A stretch of DNA of 64,000 nt from Vicugna vicugna (Eukaryota), in assembly GCA_013265495.1 (NCBI GenBank), contig MU058009.1, positions 2,110,001 through 2,174,000 on the forward strand, read 5' to 3'. Shown piece after piece: positions 25,901 to 38,689 of this stretch. Under the pieces are notes generated by a model that was not told the origin of the DNA, searched no databases, and saw nothing but the letters and a program-made list of their open reading frames with translations. Positions within the stretch are counted from its first letter, which is position 1. The number at the start of each line of letters is the position of its first letter. The translations under genes were made by a program, and so were the position numbers.

Positions 25901-26569
25901 CAAAAAAATGTTTGTTACAAAGGAATATCATTTTGGAAAAGTGCAAAAGCTAGAGGTAGAAAGAACACACGGGAAATAGGAAAGTCTGTACTATTTAACA
26001 AGGTGTAAGATATGCTAGGGTTTTTTAAATTATGGAGGTAACATTTTATTGCACTATTGAAAAATCTTAATTATGTTTCTTAGGTATGTGTGTGCACGTG
26101 TTTAAAACTAGTTTTATGAAAAGGTAGTTGATTGATTTAAATCTCATCCGTCTTTGTGTCAGCATGACTTGAACCTGTGTGACAGCGCCTGCTGGTGACG
26201 TTTGCAGGCGGTGGTGGTGGAGGGACATGAGATGATGAGGAAACCCAGCTGCCTGGGAAGTCACTGACGGAGGAACGACCGCTGCTGGACTTTTCACTCA
26301 ATGCTTCCTCGCTGCTTTTTTTTCTTACTGGGCGGTGGGAAAGAAAAGACACGAAAGGGCAAAGGCACCATTTACTTGGTTAGTTGTCAGGAGTTATTCC
26401 TGAGAGAGCATGAAAGTCAGAGGAATCCTTTCACATAAAGGAGCTCTGTGTCCTCAAAGGGACTGTGAATAAACTCCATGACTGCTTGGCCTTTAAGATG
26501 GGAGATTCAGGGAGAACTGATTTTAGCTAAGCTTATGGGAAAAGTGAGGATTAGTCAGAACTGGGACTG

Positions 26570-27180
26570 AGAAAACCGAAAATTACCCTGAGTCATCAAA
26601 AGCCTTGGGTCAATGAATGAGACTCCACTGCTCCAGCTCACACCACTCTCTCAGCGGACCCCGTCGTCCCTGCCCCGGCCCTGCTCACTTTCTGCAGGCC
26701 CCTCCCTCTGCCATCAGGCTGCCATTACCCCCCTGACCAGACCAAGGCAGCAGCCCTCAGACGTCTCCATGCTTGGTCTGTATCCTGCTCTGGACTAGTC
26801 TTTACACAGAAGCTGGATTAATCCTCTCTGATATAAGCAAGGCCACGTTCCTCTTTCACAAAAAACCTCCTAGTAGATCACTGTTTCAGGGGTTCTTACC
26901 ACAACGTGGAAAGCCCCGCCTGGTCTGGCCCTATTTCTGGAGCCTCTCTCCTGACACTCCACTCACTCTGCTGCACACACCAGCCATCAAGCTGCTCTTG
27001 CCCCAGGGTCTTTGCACTTGTGGGCCCCCCTGCCCAGAAGGGCTTTCCACAAGTACCCCTGTAGTTCACCCGGTTTTTTCAGGTCTCTGTTCAAAGGTTG
27101 CCTCGTCACAGAGGCTTCTCTGGGTACCCTGTGTAAAGCAGGCATCCTCCGTTCCCTTTCTTGTGACATTCTCTCTGCTA
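26570..27180 (+). mobile_element. L2 LINE fragment
   Basis: C/T-rich L2 motifs (CCCCAGGGTCTTTGCACTTG, TTCAGGTCTCTGTTCAAAGGTTGCCTCGTCACAGAGGCTT). Confidence 0.65.
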
Positions 27181-27234
27181 AACTTGAGGGCTGGCAAAAA
27201 CTGTTTGATTCTTACAAATTTGCATGCCAGATAC

Positions 27235-27345
27235 TACTCTAATACACACATAATTCCATTCCTTCCTCACAACATGAGGAAAGTACTATTATTACCTCCA
27301 TTTTACAGATAAGAAGACTGAGGCAGATAGATAATTAACTTAGAG
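27235..27345 (-). mobile_element. MIR SINE
   Basis: CCTCACAAC...ACTATTATTACCTCCATTTTACAGATAAGAAGACTGAGGC. Confidence 0.8.
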
Positions 27346-30227
27346 TTTAACACTATAATATTCTTCGACTGTATAAATAATTCTTCAATTAACATCTTTC
27401 TATATATAGCAAGTTCCTTATTTTGGACTACTTCATTAGACTCTAAAAATTACAACACTGAGTCAAACACTACAGACGTTTTGATGGTTCTCATACTTTT
27501 AAATGTTTTCTAAAAGGATCAGCCATTTTATAAACCACCAACAATGTACGAGGGTAACAACCTTACTGCCTCCTTGTTGGCCTAGCACATCACCGTTATT
27601 TCCCCATTCTCTTGGTTCAAGCAGGCGAAGGACGACATGCATAATTCTTGATCTTAAGTAACAGGACTCTCAGGGTGTATGACCAGGGCTTTGGGGTAGT
27701 TACCGCTATCGTCATAAATGATGTTTTAAGAGACACCATGCCTGAAAAGTTCATTGGGAGTTACTTCACAGTATTTACACAGACAAAAGGAAATCAAGTT
27801 CTTAACCTACTCAAATATTCATTCAACTTTTGACCATATCCATTCACTTATTCAATAAACCTTTATTGACAGCCCACCAGGATCAGCTACTATGCAAGTC
27901 CCTGGTCATAAATCAATAAAATACAATTCCTGACTTCAAAGGGATCACATTTTATAAACATCAAAGCTTGAGCTTGGGTGAGGTGGTTCACGAACCATGA
28001 TTTAAAGAGGAGTTGCTCTCATGTTGGTTTTAGTACTGGTTCCAACAGGAAGTGTTTAATTTCACACAGAGAAATACTCAAATGTGACAGAACTAATGAA
28101 GGGTCAGAAAGTTCAACTTATAATCAAATAAAGGGAATCCAAAGATAAAAGTCTTCAGTAAGAAACGATAATGGTTGGGACAAAATAATCTATAAAAACA
28201 TGAACGCTTTTACACAGATCTGAGTTCATCAAATCCAAAACCATGAAATTGGTAGGATCCTTTGATGATGAATAAGATAAATAAGAAAAAGGCATAAGTT
28301 GTATTTCTATTGTATGAAGTAAAATTATGAAAGCCAATACCTCAAATGTAATAAATAGAAGAATAAAATGAACCCAAAATATTCCAGTAACAACTGAGAC
28401 AAAGCTATAAATCACTACTCAAAGAAACAGGGCAAACTTAACCTCTAAGCTACTATCAGAGATGAAAATCACGCTGTCCCACAGCAGTAGAAATATTTCT
28501 AACTGTAGGTCACAAGTGTCAATTAGACACCGAGATTAAACCCTTGGTCTGATTCAGTCTAGCAATTTCTAATTAATCCCTCTAGCTCTGTAGACATTTC
28601 AAACTAATTCCCAGGTGATCCATCATAACACTGGGGTGGGATTTAAAGGATCCTATCCTTTGGCCTGTCTTCCTCTCAAACTCATCTCTACCATTCACTA
28701 TGCTACTAAAATAGGTCTTTTAAAAGATGTTGTATCATAACATCAATGTTTCAATTTGAAACTTGCTGGTGGCTGACTTTATTTTCAGCTCAAAGGGAGC
28801 ATCTCTCCCTTCCAGTGCCCCCTTTTTTAACTCACTCTATTGTAAATACACTGATAAGCTAGGGCTAATTCTTACCCATCATTCTCTATAGGCCCTACAG
28901 TGTGTTGCACCTAGTAAGTGGTTAATGTATATTAAACAGATTTAAAACAGCAATAAAGTGCTTATTCCACAATTCACAGAAGTGAGTAACAATTATCACA
29001 CGCTTATATGTAAACAACCCACGGTTAGAGACCAAGGCACTGTACGTTAACAACGTACATGACGTGCAGATCTAGTTTATTCACCATTCAAAGCTGGATA
29101 TGAGGTAAGCTGCCAGCAGTCATAAGATTTTAAACTGATTGATTAAATTCATTCATCAGTTTATCTCCTCATGCTTTCACACTTCCTGTCTGATGACTTC
29201 AAAGTAACCTACAAGACTTTTTAAAGGACTGTAAAGAGACCTCACAAACAAGATACTCCAAGAGAGGGGAAAAATACAACTATTCTGACACTATTTCCTT
29301 CAGAAGAAAAATATGAGCCAAATTTTATTCATCTGCCTTCAAATAAGTTTATCTTAAAAATCAATTTATTTCATCTTCCAATTCTACAGTAAAGGAGGAA
29401 AAAGACCTTTTTTCACAACATATAAAAGGTATGATACAGCAATTTTCCATCTATCTTTTGAAGGTCATTTTTAACACATTAAAACACTGCAAGATTTATA
29501 AGCACAACCTTTGCATTCTAATAAAAATGCTTTCCGGAAGATAAACGCTCTTGCAACCGCGAAACAGGAAAAGACATACATGTTTTCGAAAGTATTATCT
29601 ACAAATAGGTCAGAAAACTCAAAGTATTTGTGGAAGGGGAATGCAAAGGACTTGTCCCTCTACAGCTCCTTAAAATTAAACTGAGTCAATGGAAATGTTC
29701 CTTTTAATCATTTATTCTGTCTTCACTTTAAATTAACTGTAAATTTGTTTAATAAAAGGCAAATGAAAAAAATCAGACTCCTCCTTCAAAATGATGTACA
29801 ACTAACTAATCGAATCACAGACTCCAAGTGAAAGGAAACTCTGAAAGCCTCTCTCAGCCAGGCTACCTAGCCGTCTCGGGAAGACCTGTCTCCTCCTGCA
29901 GTCTGTGTACGCCTAACGTCCCCTAATGCCCACCTCACAGCATTTCACACCAAGAACGACTTCTAGGGATGAGATCCAAAGAGTGTTTTTATTCATGCCT
30001 TGGCTTTCATTGTGTTGATTACAGCATCATTTGCAATTTTTAAAATTTCTTCTAACCAAAATCTAATGGAAAATGACTGTATTGTGTTCCCCCAGCACCT
30101 CCGCAACTCCGTACAAACCAGCTCTGGAAGCCGAGCCCCACCTCTGCGTCATCGCTAGCATCCTTTCACCAGACACCTCCCTATCTTCCCATTATTCCCT
30201 TTGTTGTGCCGTTGTCGTACACACTGG

Positions 30228-30611
30228 CGACACAACCTGAAAGTTGCAAGTTATGTTTTATTCCGGGACTTTACTGAGGACTATAGCCTGGAAGACAGAC
30301 TCTCCAGATAGCTCTGAGGAACCATTCAGAAGCGGTAAGAGAAGAGCCATTGTTGAAAGAAAGAAAAAAAAAACATGATGAAACATCAAAAGGTTACTGC
30401 TAATCACAAAAGAACAGATATCTCAGGTTCATGACTTTAGTGCTTTTCTATACACGCAAGATGCAAGAGTCTGGGCACTGACATTGTTTCTTAATCCTGG
30501 TCTTCTCCATCTGCAATTCCCCTCAAGGCACACCATGGAGTGGCTGCAGTGGCTGATGACTTGATGGGGACAATATTATTTACTGGAATGGCATGCAATT
30601 TTTTGTCCATA
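30228..30611 (-). mobile_element. ERV1 solo LTR, MER41-like cetartiodactyl family
   Basis: CACAACCTGAAAGTTG...TTATGTTTTATTC...CTGAGGACT...AGATAGCTCTGAGG...AAGATGCAAGAGTCTGGGC...GTGGCTGCAGTGGCTGATG follows the recalled MER41_BT-type consensus. PolyA signal lies on the minus strand. Confidence 0.7.
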
Positions 30612-31744
30612 CTATCTACAGATTAAAGACACTACATTTAAAGCTGATAGCACAGTTCCTGGAATATAAGTCTTCAAAAATATTATCACTATCACCTGTT
30701 TCATCACATACTTCCAAAACCCCCGCTGAATCTTCCCTCTGCTCCTTTTCTTGTGCCCCCCCAATACACTGATGACTCAGACTAGTTAACTCTAACCCCA
30801 AGGTTTCTTCTGCTATATCTGTGCTTAGACACGCCCTCAAGTACTGCTTCACTGTGTCCCCACGTGGACCAGCTGCTGTGCAAACAACGAACACAGTGAG
30901 CAAAGCTCACCTGGTCTCTGCCCTCCTGGAGCCCAGAGCCCACTTCCTCTCTCAGTCACTTAGCAAACCAACACAATGCTGCTCAGATTAGCTCTTACAG
31001 CAAATGATGTGGCATAAGGGTGACAATAATACACTAAATTAGATAAGGAAACTGATAGCATGCCATTAAGATAAGGCTCAGAGTCAAAAGAGAACGATTC
31101 TAAAATTCATTAAAAGCAAAATTCCTAGATAACCAATAATCAGTCAAACAACTACATGGTTAAAAATACAAAGACATTATTGAAACACACAAAAACACCG
31201 ATCACTGATCAATCTACAAAGTAAAGAGGCATGTGGATATGAAAGGGTAGTACATTCTACCAGATTTTTTTAGCTTTTTAGAAAAAGATCAATCATGTAG
31301 AATAAAGAAAAATATGTATACCAGAGTGGAAATGAACTCAGAGGGCTCAAGTCTAAAAAAAAGAATTTCACATAATTATAAAAAGCACTGACATGGAATT
31401 AATGTAAACTTTTTTATTACTAGTAGATACTCAAGAAAAGAGGCGCTCGCGCCAAGCCATAACTGCAGACTCCCAGCCGAGACCCCGCTGCTGACTCAGA
31501 GTCACACGAGTGGAGCGGTTTCCCAAAGTACACTCACTTTCTACCACATGAAAACCTATCCCACACTGGTTTTCAGTATGTGGCTTTCTTGAAGGGCTGC
31601 AACTCAAGAGAAAGACTGTAAGTAGAAACATAGCCATACATGATATCAAAGTTATTCCTTTGAGAAATATGACTAAATAAGGAAACAAATGAAGTAACAG
31701 AAATACCTACCCAAACCTCTTAGCCTTCAGAAAAAATTGTTTCC

Positions 31745-32174
31745 CTTTTTTTTGAAGTATAGTTGATTTATTATATTAGTTTAGTTTAAGGTGTACAGCA
31801 TTGTGATTTAGCATTTTTTAGAGATTATCCTCCATCTACAGTTACTATAAAATAATGCCTATATTTCCCTGTGCTGTACATAATAGTCTTCTTGCTTATC
31901 TATTTTATACACAGTAGTTCATACCCCTTCATCCCATACCCCTATCTTGCCCCTCCCTTTTTCCCTCTCCCCACTGGTATCCACTAGTTTGTTTGCTGTA
32001 TCCGTTGAGTCTGTTTCTGTTTTGTTATATACATTCGTTTCCTTTATTTTTTAGATTCCACATATATAGTATTTGTCTTTCTCCGTCTGACTTTCACTAA
32101 GCATAATAATTTCTAGGTCCACCCAGGTTGTTGCAAATGGCAGAATTTCATTCTTTTTATGGCTGAGTAATAGT

Positions 32175-32220
<46 letters not shown>

Positions 32221-32358
32221 CGCGTGTGTGCGCACATACACACAACTTCTTTATCCCTTCATCTGTTGATGGACACTTGGGTTGCTTCCATACCTTGGCT
32301 ATTATATGTGATGCTATTACAAACATTGAGATGCATATCTTTTTGAATTAGTGTTTTT
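31745..32358 (-). mobile_element. 5'-truncated L1 with TSD
   Basis: T-rich tail plus GAAGTATAGTTGATTTA; the minus ORF contains AKVWKQPKCPSTDE and NEILPFATTWVDLEIIMLSE. Imperfect 13-bp TSD AAAAATTGTTTCC (31732-31744) / AAAAATTACTTCC (32359-32371). Confidence 0.92.
32178..32244. repeat. Compound (TG)n(CG)n(CA)n microsatellite inside the L1
   Basis: Direct reading. Confidence 0.95.
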
Positions 32359-33144
32359 AAAAATTACTTCCTCGTATGAAAACATCAGATGAAGCAACAA
32401 TATGAGAGACAGCAATGCTGGTGCTTTTTAATTCCAATGGACCTAGGATGAGATCCCTCTCTTCACTTCATCGGCTAATACCAATTAATCTTCCTCTTTA
32501 AGCCTATGACATCTCCTCTGCAAAACAGGGAAAAGCGAATGGCTGTATTTTCAATTGGACGTCTAACAAACATGAGTAAGACGAATAAAATCGTTAACTG
32601 CTTTGAAAATTTCATGTTGGTGTCTATTTGCCCTAATTATGTCACTGAAATAGAACCTCTGAAATTAATGAAGATACCTCACTTTACAAACTGATTTACT
32701 AATACAAGATTTATTATCCTGAAATCCTGAGACTTTCATTTCTTAATGTTGATAGCCATGATGAATAAAAACAGCAATTTATCTATAACACAGCTTTAAA
32801 AACCTAATCAGGTTGAAATGTGAAGAATTTTTAAACAATACTTAGAAAAAACCATGTCACTGCTAACTAACAACTGGTTCATACAAAACAGTAAGGATTC
32901 ACACCCGCCTCTTCCTATCATCAGAAGGGAAACACCACGCCTCTTTGTTTTGCTCTAATGAATATTCTCACTTCCTATCCTGAAACAGAATTATTTCTGA
33001 AACCACCATGCCATAAGCTCTTCAACTGTCTAATTATTGAATATGTTTGTGTTTTTGTTAATAGTTTTATGGTATTTTCCACCTGTTTTGAAGCATTTAA
33101 CCATTATGTCATTAATGAGAAATATAAGAAGGAAGGAAATTAAC

Positions 33145-33335
33145 GTTTACTAAGCACCAAATGCCTGCCAGACATCATAAAAAGTAGCCTACATATGTCA
33201 TACCTCATTTAATCTTCAAAACAATCCTGTGAGAAAAGTAAAGCAGTGCTCCCCCCCAGCCCCCACGGTCACAAGGCTCTAGAAGAGCACAGGCAGGACC
33301 GGAATCAAACCACGTTTACTCCAAACCATGCTGCT
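33145..33335 (-). mobile_element. MIR SINE
   Basis: TTTACTAAGCACC...TGCCAGACA...CTCATTTAATCTTCAAAACAATCCTGTGAG. Confidence 0.7.
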
Positions 33336-33359
33336 ACTACCTGTGACTTCAGCTTTGTG

Positions 33360-34215
33360 AAAAACCTTACTGCTTTTTCTGATTATAAAAATACCTGTTC
33401 ATTGCCAAAATTCTGGCAAATACAGAAAAATACACAGAAAACTAAGAACTATCTGAACTGCTACTTTCCAGAGATAACCACTGCTTAGATTTTAGTAAAT
33501 ATTTTTCTTCATTAAAAAATAGACAGGGGTCTATTTTTAAGTTTCAGGGTTTTTTTTATTCTTAACTTTAAACTACAAATTAATATGTGAATATAGTCTC
33601 ATTGTTAAAATTCAAGTAGGAGTCAAAGTGAGCCTTTTCTTGTCTCCAATTCCAAACACTACTAATAGTTTTATTAGACAGACTTTTTTTTCTATGCCTC
33701 TACATGCCAATATACAAATATAAATACGGTTCGTTAAGTGTATTTTCATAAGTAACTTATTTTCCTGTGCATGTGTGCTTATTAGTCTACACCTTGCATT
33801 TCTGCATTTAACGTGGCTTGGTGATCTTTCCAGGTCTGCACCTGCAGGTCTGACTCAGGCTTCTAACTACTAGCCATCGCCTGACAGAGCTCAACTTCTC
33901 AGAGTTCTTCATGCCTTCTTCACTTTTGTATCATGATTTTCCCTAGTTATTAGAAGGTCTTCAGAAAGAAAAGTTATACTGGCTAAGTAATATTCTTCTG
34001 TATAGATATACCATAACTATTTTGTTGAACTTTATGTTTTACCAAATTTTCACCATTAGCTACGACACTACAATGAGCATCTTTGGGTAAATCTTTAAGA
34101 TCCTTAACGTGGAATTACTAGGTCAAAAGTGACACTTCAAGGCTCTTAACACATATTCCTAGATTACCCCTCAGAAAAACCACACCATTTAACACACCGA
34201 CAGCAGTGTATGGAT
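33360..34215 (-). mobile_element. Old L1 (L1ME-like) fragments
   Basis: Degenerate motifs such as TGGAATTACTAGGTCAAAAG and AGATTACCCCTCAGAAA...CACCATTTAACACACCGACAGCAGTGTATG. Confidence 0.55.
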
Positions 34216-36119
34216 TACATTACTTTTGCCTTTTAATGGCTTATTCAAGGAAGAGATGTTTAAAAATTATACTGAATGCTAAGATCCACCCTCGAATTTG
34301 GCTTAGATCCAGAAACTATCTTATAATTTAAACTGGCAAATTGTGATTTCTCAGATATTGGTTAAGAGCATTCTTAACAGGAGACAAGAAAGTAAACTGA
34401 TCCTATCTTGATGAGGCACCACTAAGTAACTCCAAAGGTGATGGTGATAAGATAACGAAGTTAACAGACACTGCTAGTTTTATCTGGTTTACAGACTCTT
34501 CCTTTTCCCAAGCATCTCTCCCTTAATGAAATATGAGATGCTCCAATAATCTTCACTGTAAAATACAATGCTCTTATATGAATCATTTTCCCACCAGCCT
34601 ACATCACAAAATCTTGAACCAGTTTCACTAAGAAGAAAACGTGTTTCTAAATGTGAAAAACACATGGCAGAAAACAGTAAACTTTTAAAAATAAGTGGAC
34701 TATATGAATAAGTGTATTCATGAAAATACAGAAAATGACATCTCATTTGCTTAAGCTCAATGTTTAAATCCAGCTGTATTTTAAAATTATCTCTAACAGA
34801 AATTTACTGAATGAAATACATCAACAATATATGAATTACACCTATTTATAACTAAAATAATACCGAAGAAATAGAGCAAAAAATATGGAAGGTTAAGGAT
34901 GACAGCAAAAGACATTCACCACAAACATGTCAGTGTGGTTACACGTCTCACCTGTCTCATCACCACCACAGAAAAGGGAGGTAATTCACCGTCTAGAACC
35001 AATTCTAAACTGACATTAACTTTACAACACAGCACACTTTTATCTGTAACACCTTTACCATCACTTACACTAATTGGTCTACTTCCAGCTTAACAGCTTT
35101 ACTCTCAGCTGCAGTCACGTCTGCTTCGATTATCAATGGAGAAGAGCAGCACACTCCACGAGATACACTGCCACAAACTGATTAAGAGGAAACAACGACC
35201 AGCTAATTAGTAGGTGGCACCGGTGCTCACTGCACTGTTTTCAGGATTCTGTCTAATGCTAACATACTGTTTTTGACTAACAGTTTAACTGGCAACTTCT
35301 GTCCTCAACAGGGGGTTCCAATTCATCAAAGATATTTGCTGAACTGAGGAAAATATTGATCACCACTACAAATTAGTTATTCGACTTAAAAGGTTTAAAA
35401 GTAGAACTACATGGTTTAAAGTCTGTGCTTCTTAACTACGTAGTTAGTTAAAAAGCCAAGTGTGCTGCGGGGGAAGGAACTGGGGAGCCAGAGGGTAAGT
35501 TAAGGAGACAGAGGGACAATCTTTGAGGTTATCCGAGAGGGAAATAGAGACAACAGGGAAGGAAAGGGGCGCCAAACCTGCCCACCTGTGACGGTAACTG
35601 GTCCTCACTAGGCCCTCGTTCTCCGGGATGCCTAGGAAGTGATCACCTGAGCTGTCAGACAACGATCCATCCCTCTCCCTGCTCATGACCTCGCTTGCTT
35701 CTTTAACAGGAACTCAGTGATATATGTAGACAGAGCATATCTATGGATGAGGACATACTCTGTTACCAGTATGGCCGCAGTTTATGAGCAGGTAAGTATA
35801 CACAGTCTCATACTTCTCCAAACCAAGCAAAAAGAGGAGTAGATAAAGAAATGTGATATTTAAGGAATACTCAGTGCACATTCATTTTGGGAACTCATTC
35901 CCAGGAGTACTCATAAACAGAGCCTTAATATTTTCAGACAGAATATGCTCTGCACAGAGTGCAAAAGGCTAACTGCAGCGAAGTTACACACTACTAACTA
36001 AATATATGCTGAGGAAAAGCAATCCACAACACGTAAAAACTCTGATACTAACACATTATACTAGGAACTTTATACTTAACTAGAATAGAAGGCCTGAAAA
36101 CTCCGAGGGCAATCAAAAA

Positions 36120-36470
36120 GATCACTTACTCATAATAACAGAGTAGACTGGTGGTTGCCAGGGGCTTAGAGGGCAGGGGAAGTGGGGAGATGTTGGTCAA
36201 AGGGTACAGACTTCCAGTTACAAGATGAGTAAGTTCTGGAGACCTAATGTACAGCATGGTAGCTACAGTTTACAATACTATACTGTATACCTGAAAGATG
36301 CTAAGAGAGTAGATCTTAAATATTCTCACCATAACAAAAAAAACTGTAACTCTGAGAGGTGAAGGATGTGTTAACTAACCTTTTGCAGCAAACATTTTGC
36401 AATATACATGTGCATCAAATCATCACACTGAACTTACATATTATACATCAAAAATAAAGCTGGAAAAATT
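36120..36470 (+). mobile_element. L1 (L1MA-like) 3' end
   Basis: AGAGTAGACTGGTGGTTGCCAGGGG...GTTGGTCAAAGGGTACA...TTCTGGAGACCTAATGTACAGCATGG...AATAAAGCTGGAAAAA. Confidence 0.88.
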
Positions 36471-36832
36471 ATTTATTGTTCAGTAGGTAAATACACCAAG
36501 TTATAAGCCTGAAGCACACAACTCAAGTTGGAAAGTACTGTGACGGCAAAAAACACATCTATTTTGTTCAGCTTTGTATTGCCAGTGCTTATGAAGTATC
36601 TGAAAATCAATATGCACTCAATAAACACATGTTCAAAAAATGCTGCCACTGAGATCTTTAGGCAAAAATATGTCCCGGATCAACTGAAAGAGAACTTCTG
36701 CCCATCACATGGTTGTACAAAGGGACTGCTGCCAGGGAGCAGAGCGAATTTGGGTTGGCTAATTATTCTAATATAGGATACAACTATGCAATTTTTAATT
36801 GTTCAAGTTTAATTATATTAAAACTACATTAT

Positions 36833-37062
36833 GGGAGGAGGGATAAATTGAACATATGGGATTAACAGAGGCACACTACCATATATACATGAGATAAACG
36901 AGGATTTACTGTACAGTGCATGGAATTATATTCAATATCTTATAATACACTATAATGGGAAAGAATCCAAAAAAATAATATTTATACATATATATGTATA
37001 ACCAATCACTTTGCTGTACACCTGAAACACAATAATTTAAATCAGTTAAACTTCAATTAGTT
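36833..37062 (+). mobile_element. Short L1 3' end with TSD
   Basis: GGGATAAATT...GGGATTAACAGA...CACTTTGCTGTACACCTGAAAC. TSD AAACTACATTAT (36821-36832) / AAATTACATTAT (37063-37074). Confidence 0.85.
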
Positions 37063-37257
37063 AAATTACATTATAAATGAAATGGTATAGTCTTTATTTA
37101 TAACTAAAAGCAAACAGGGTGTGGTTTATGCCTCACCTGCATTCAGTTCCAATTTCTGAATCAAAGACAAACCTTATATTCACTATTTATTAATTGAAAG
37201 GGGAAATAAAAACTCATGTAGCCCACATGTATACAGAATTCTGATCACCTAGTCTAC

Positions 37258-37680
37258 TTTTTTTAATTGAAGTTTAGTTGATTTACAACATCGTGCTCGT
37301 TTCTGGCGCACAGCACAGTGACTCAGCTACACACATACATTCTGTTCCACGTCATTTTTCATCACAGATTGTCACAAGGCACCGGCTGTAGTTCCCGTGC
37401 CACACATTAGTACCTATAGTTGTTTACCTGTTTTATATGTAGTAGCGTGTTTCAGCTAATCCCAAACTCCTAATTTATCCCTCCCCTCCCTCCTTTGGTA
37501 ACCACAAGTTTGTTTTCTATGTCTATAAGTCTCTTTTTGCTTTGTAAATAAGTTCATTTGTATCTTTTTTTTTTTTGGATTCCACATATAAGTGTTATCA
37601 AATGATATTTGTCCTTCTCTGTCTGACTTACTTCACTTAGTATGATAATCTCTAGGTCCATCCATATTGCTGCAAATGTT
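37258..37680 (-). mobile_element. L1 3' end
   Basis: TTTTTTAATTGAAGTTTAGTTGATTTACAA...GATTCCACATATAAGTG...TCTAGGTCCATCCATATTGCTGCAAATG. Confidence 0.9.
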
Positions 37681-37776
37681 TGGCTCCCTATTTTAAAAAA
37701 CAGAAAAAAGGTTTCCCAAAGTTACTGTAGTAATTCATATATTTTCAATTTCCCAAGATAGTCTCAATTTTAAATA

Positions 37777-37927
37777 GAGCTGGCCCTTGAACAATGCAAG
37801 TCAGTCAGCCCTCCGCATCCATGGATTCAACCAATCACAGACCACGTAGCACTGTCCTATTTACCACTGAGAAACACGTGTAACTGGACCCACACAGTTC
37901 AAACCCGCACTGTTCAAGGGTCAACTG
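37777..37927. mobile_element. Tigger2/MER8-type MITE
   Basis: Terminal inverted repeats GAGCTGGCCCTTGAACA / TGTTCAAGGGTCAACTG, with TA on the left and TG on the right. Confidence 0.8.
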
Positions 37928-38689
37928 TGACGTATCGTACCTGACGCCATGTGTCACGTGGGAACCTGGAATGCACAGTCACTGTCACCTGAAGGCTCCC
38001 TACTTCCCTTACTCCTGTCCTGTTCCCTCCTGTCCTGTTCTGTTTCCCAAAGAAAATAAGTTACAAATGATCAATTTTGAAGAAAAATAATTATTATTTT
38101 ACCTTAAAGCCCTACGATTTTCCTCAATTGAATTAACATGAAATGGAAGAGAAAAGAAAGCAGGATATTGAGGAGAAATTTCTTCCAACTGACAATATCA
38201 CACTGTGACTAACAAAGATCACTGCCTTTAAATGTCACGCACAGATGATTCACTCTTCCAGATGGATTCGTCTTATTTTTATTTCACTATTCCTGTTTCA
38301 TCTTTTTGAAGCAAACTGATCCCAAACACAGCATCTACAGAGCTGGTCATAATAAACAAAACAGCTGATTACTTACAAATGAGAAAATTAAGCTTCAGTG
38401 CAATTAAATATACACATTTGAACTAAATATTTGATTGCTGCACACTGCAGTGATTTATGCTAAAAGTGAGCACTGATTTTAAATGTGATGAATATTATGT
38501 GCACGAAGAAATTATTTTCTGTTTACTCAATAAATCTGAAAATCCATTAAGAGGTTAGAGGTTCTCACTGGGTTCTCTTGATAGCTAAGTGGATTAAGCC
38601 AGTATTTCAGTCAGCTGGTTGAGGGATGTGTATGGTAGAAGTTAGAATGCATACAAAATAAATATTAACTCCACATAACCAGCTGACAA

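Noticed and set aside
26773..27312. 179-aa ORF
   Set aside because: Lies across L2 and MIR remnants; no domain.
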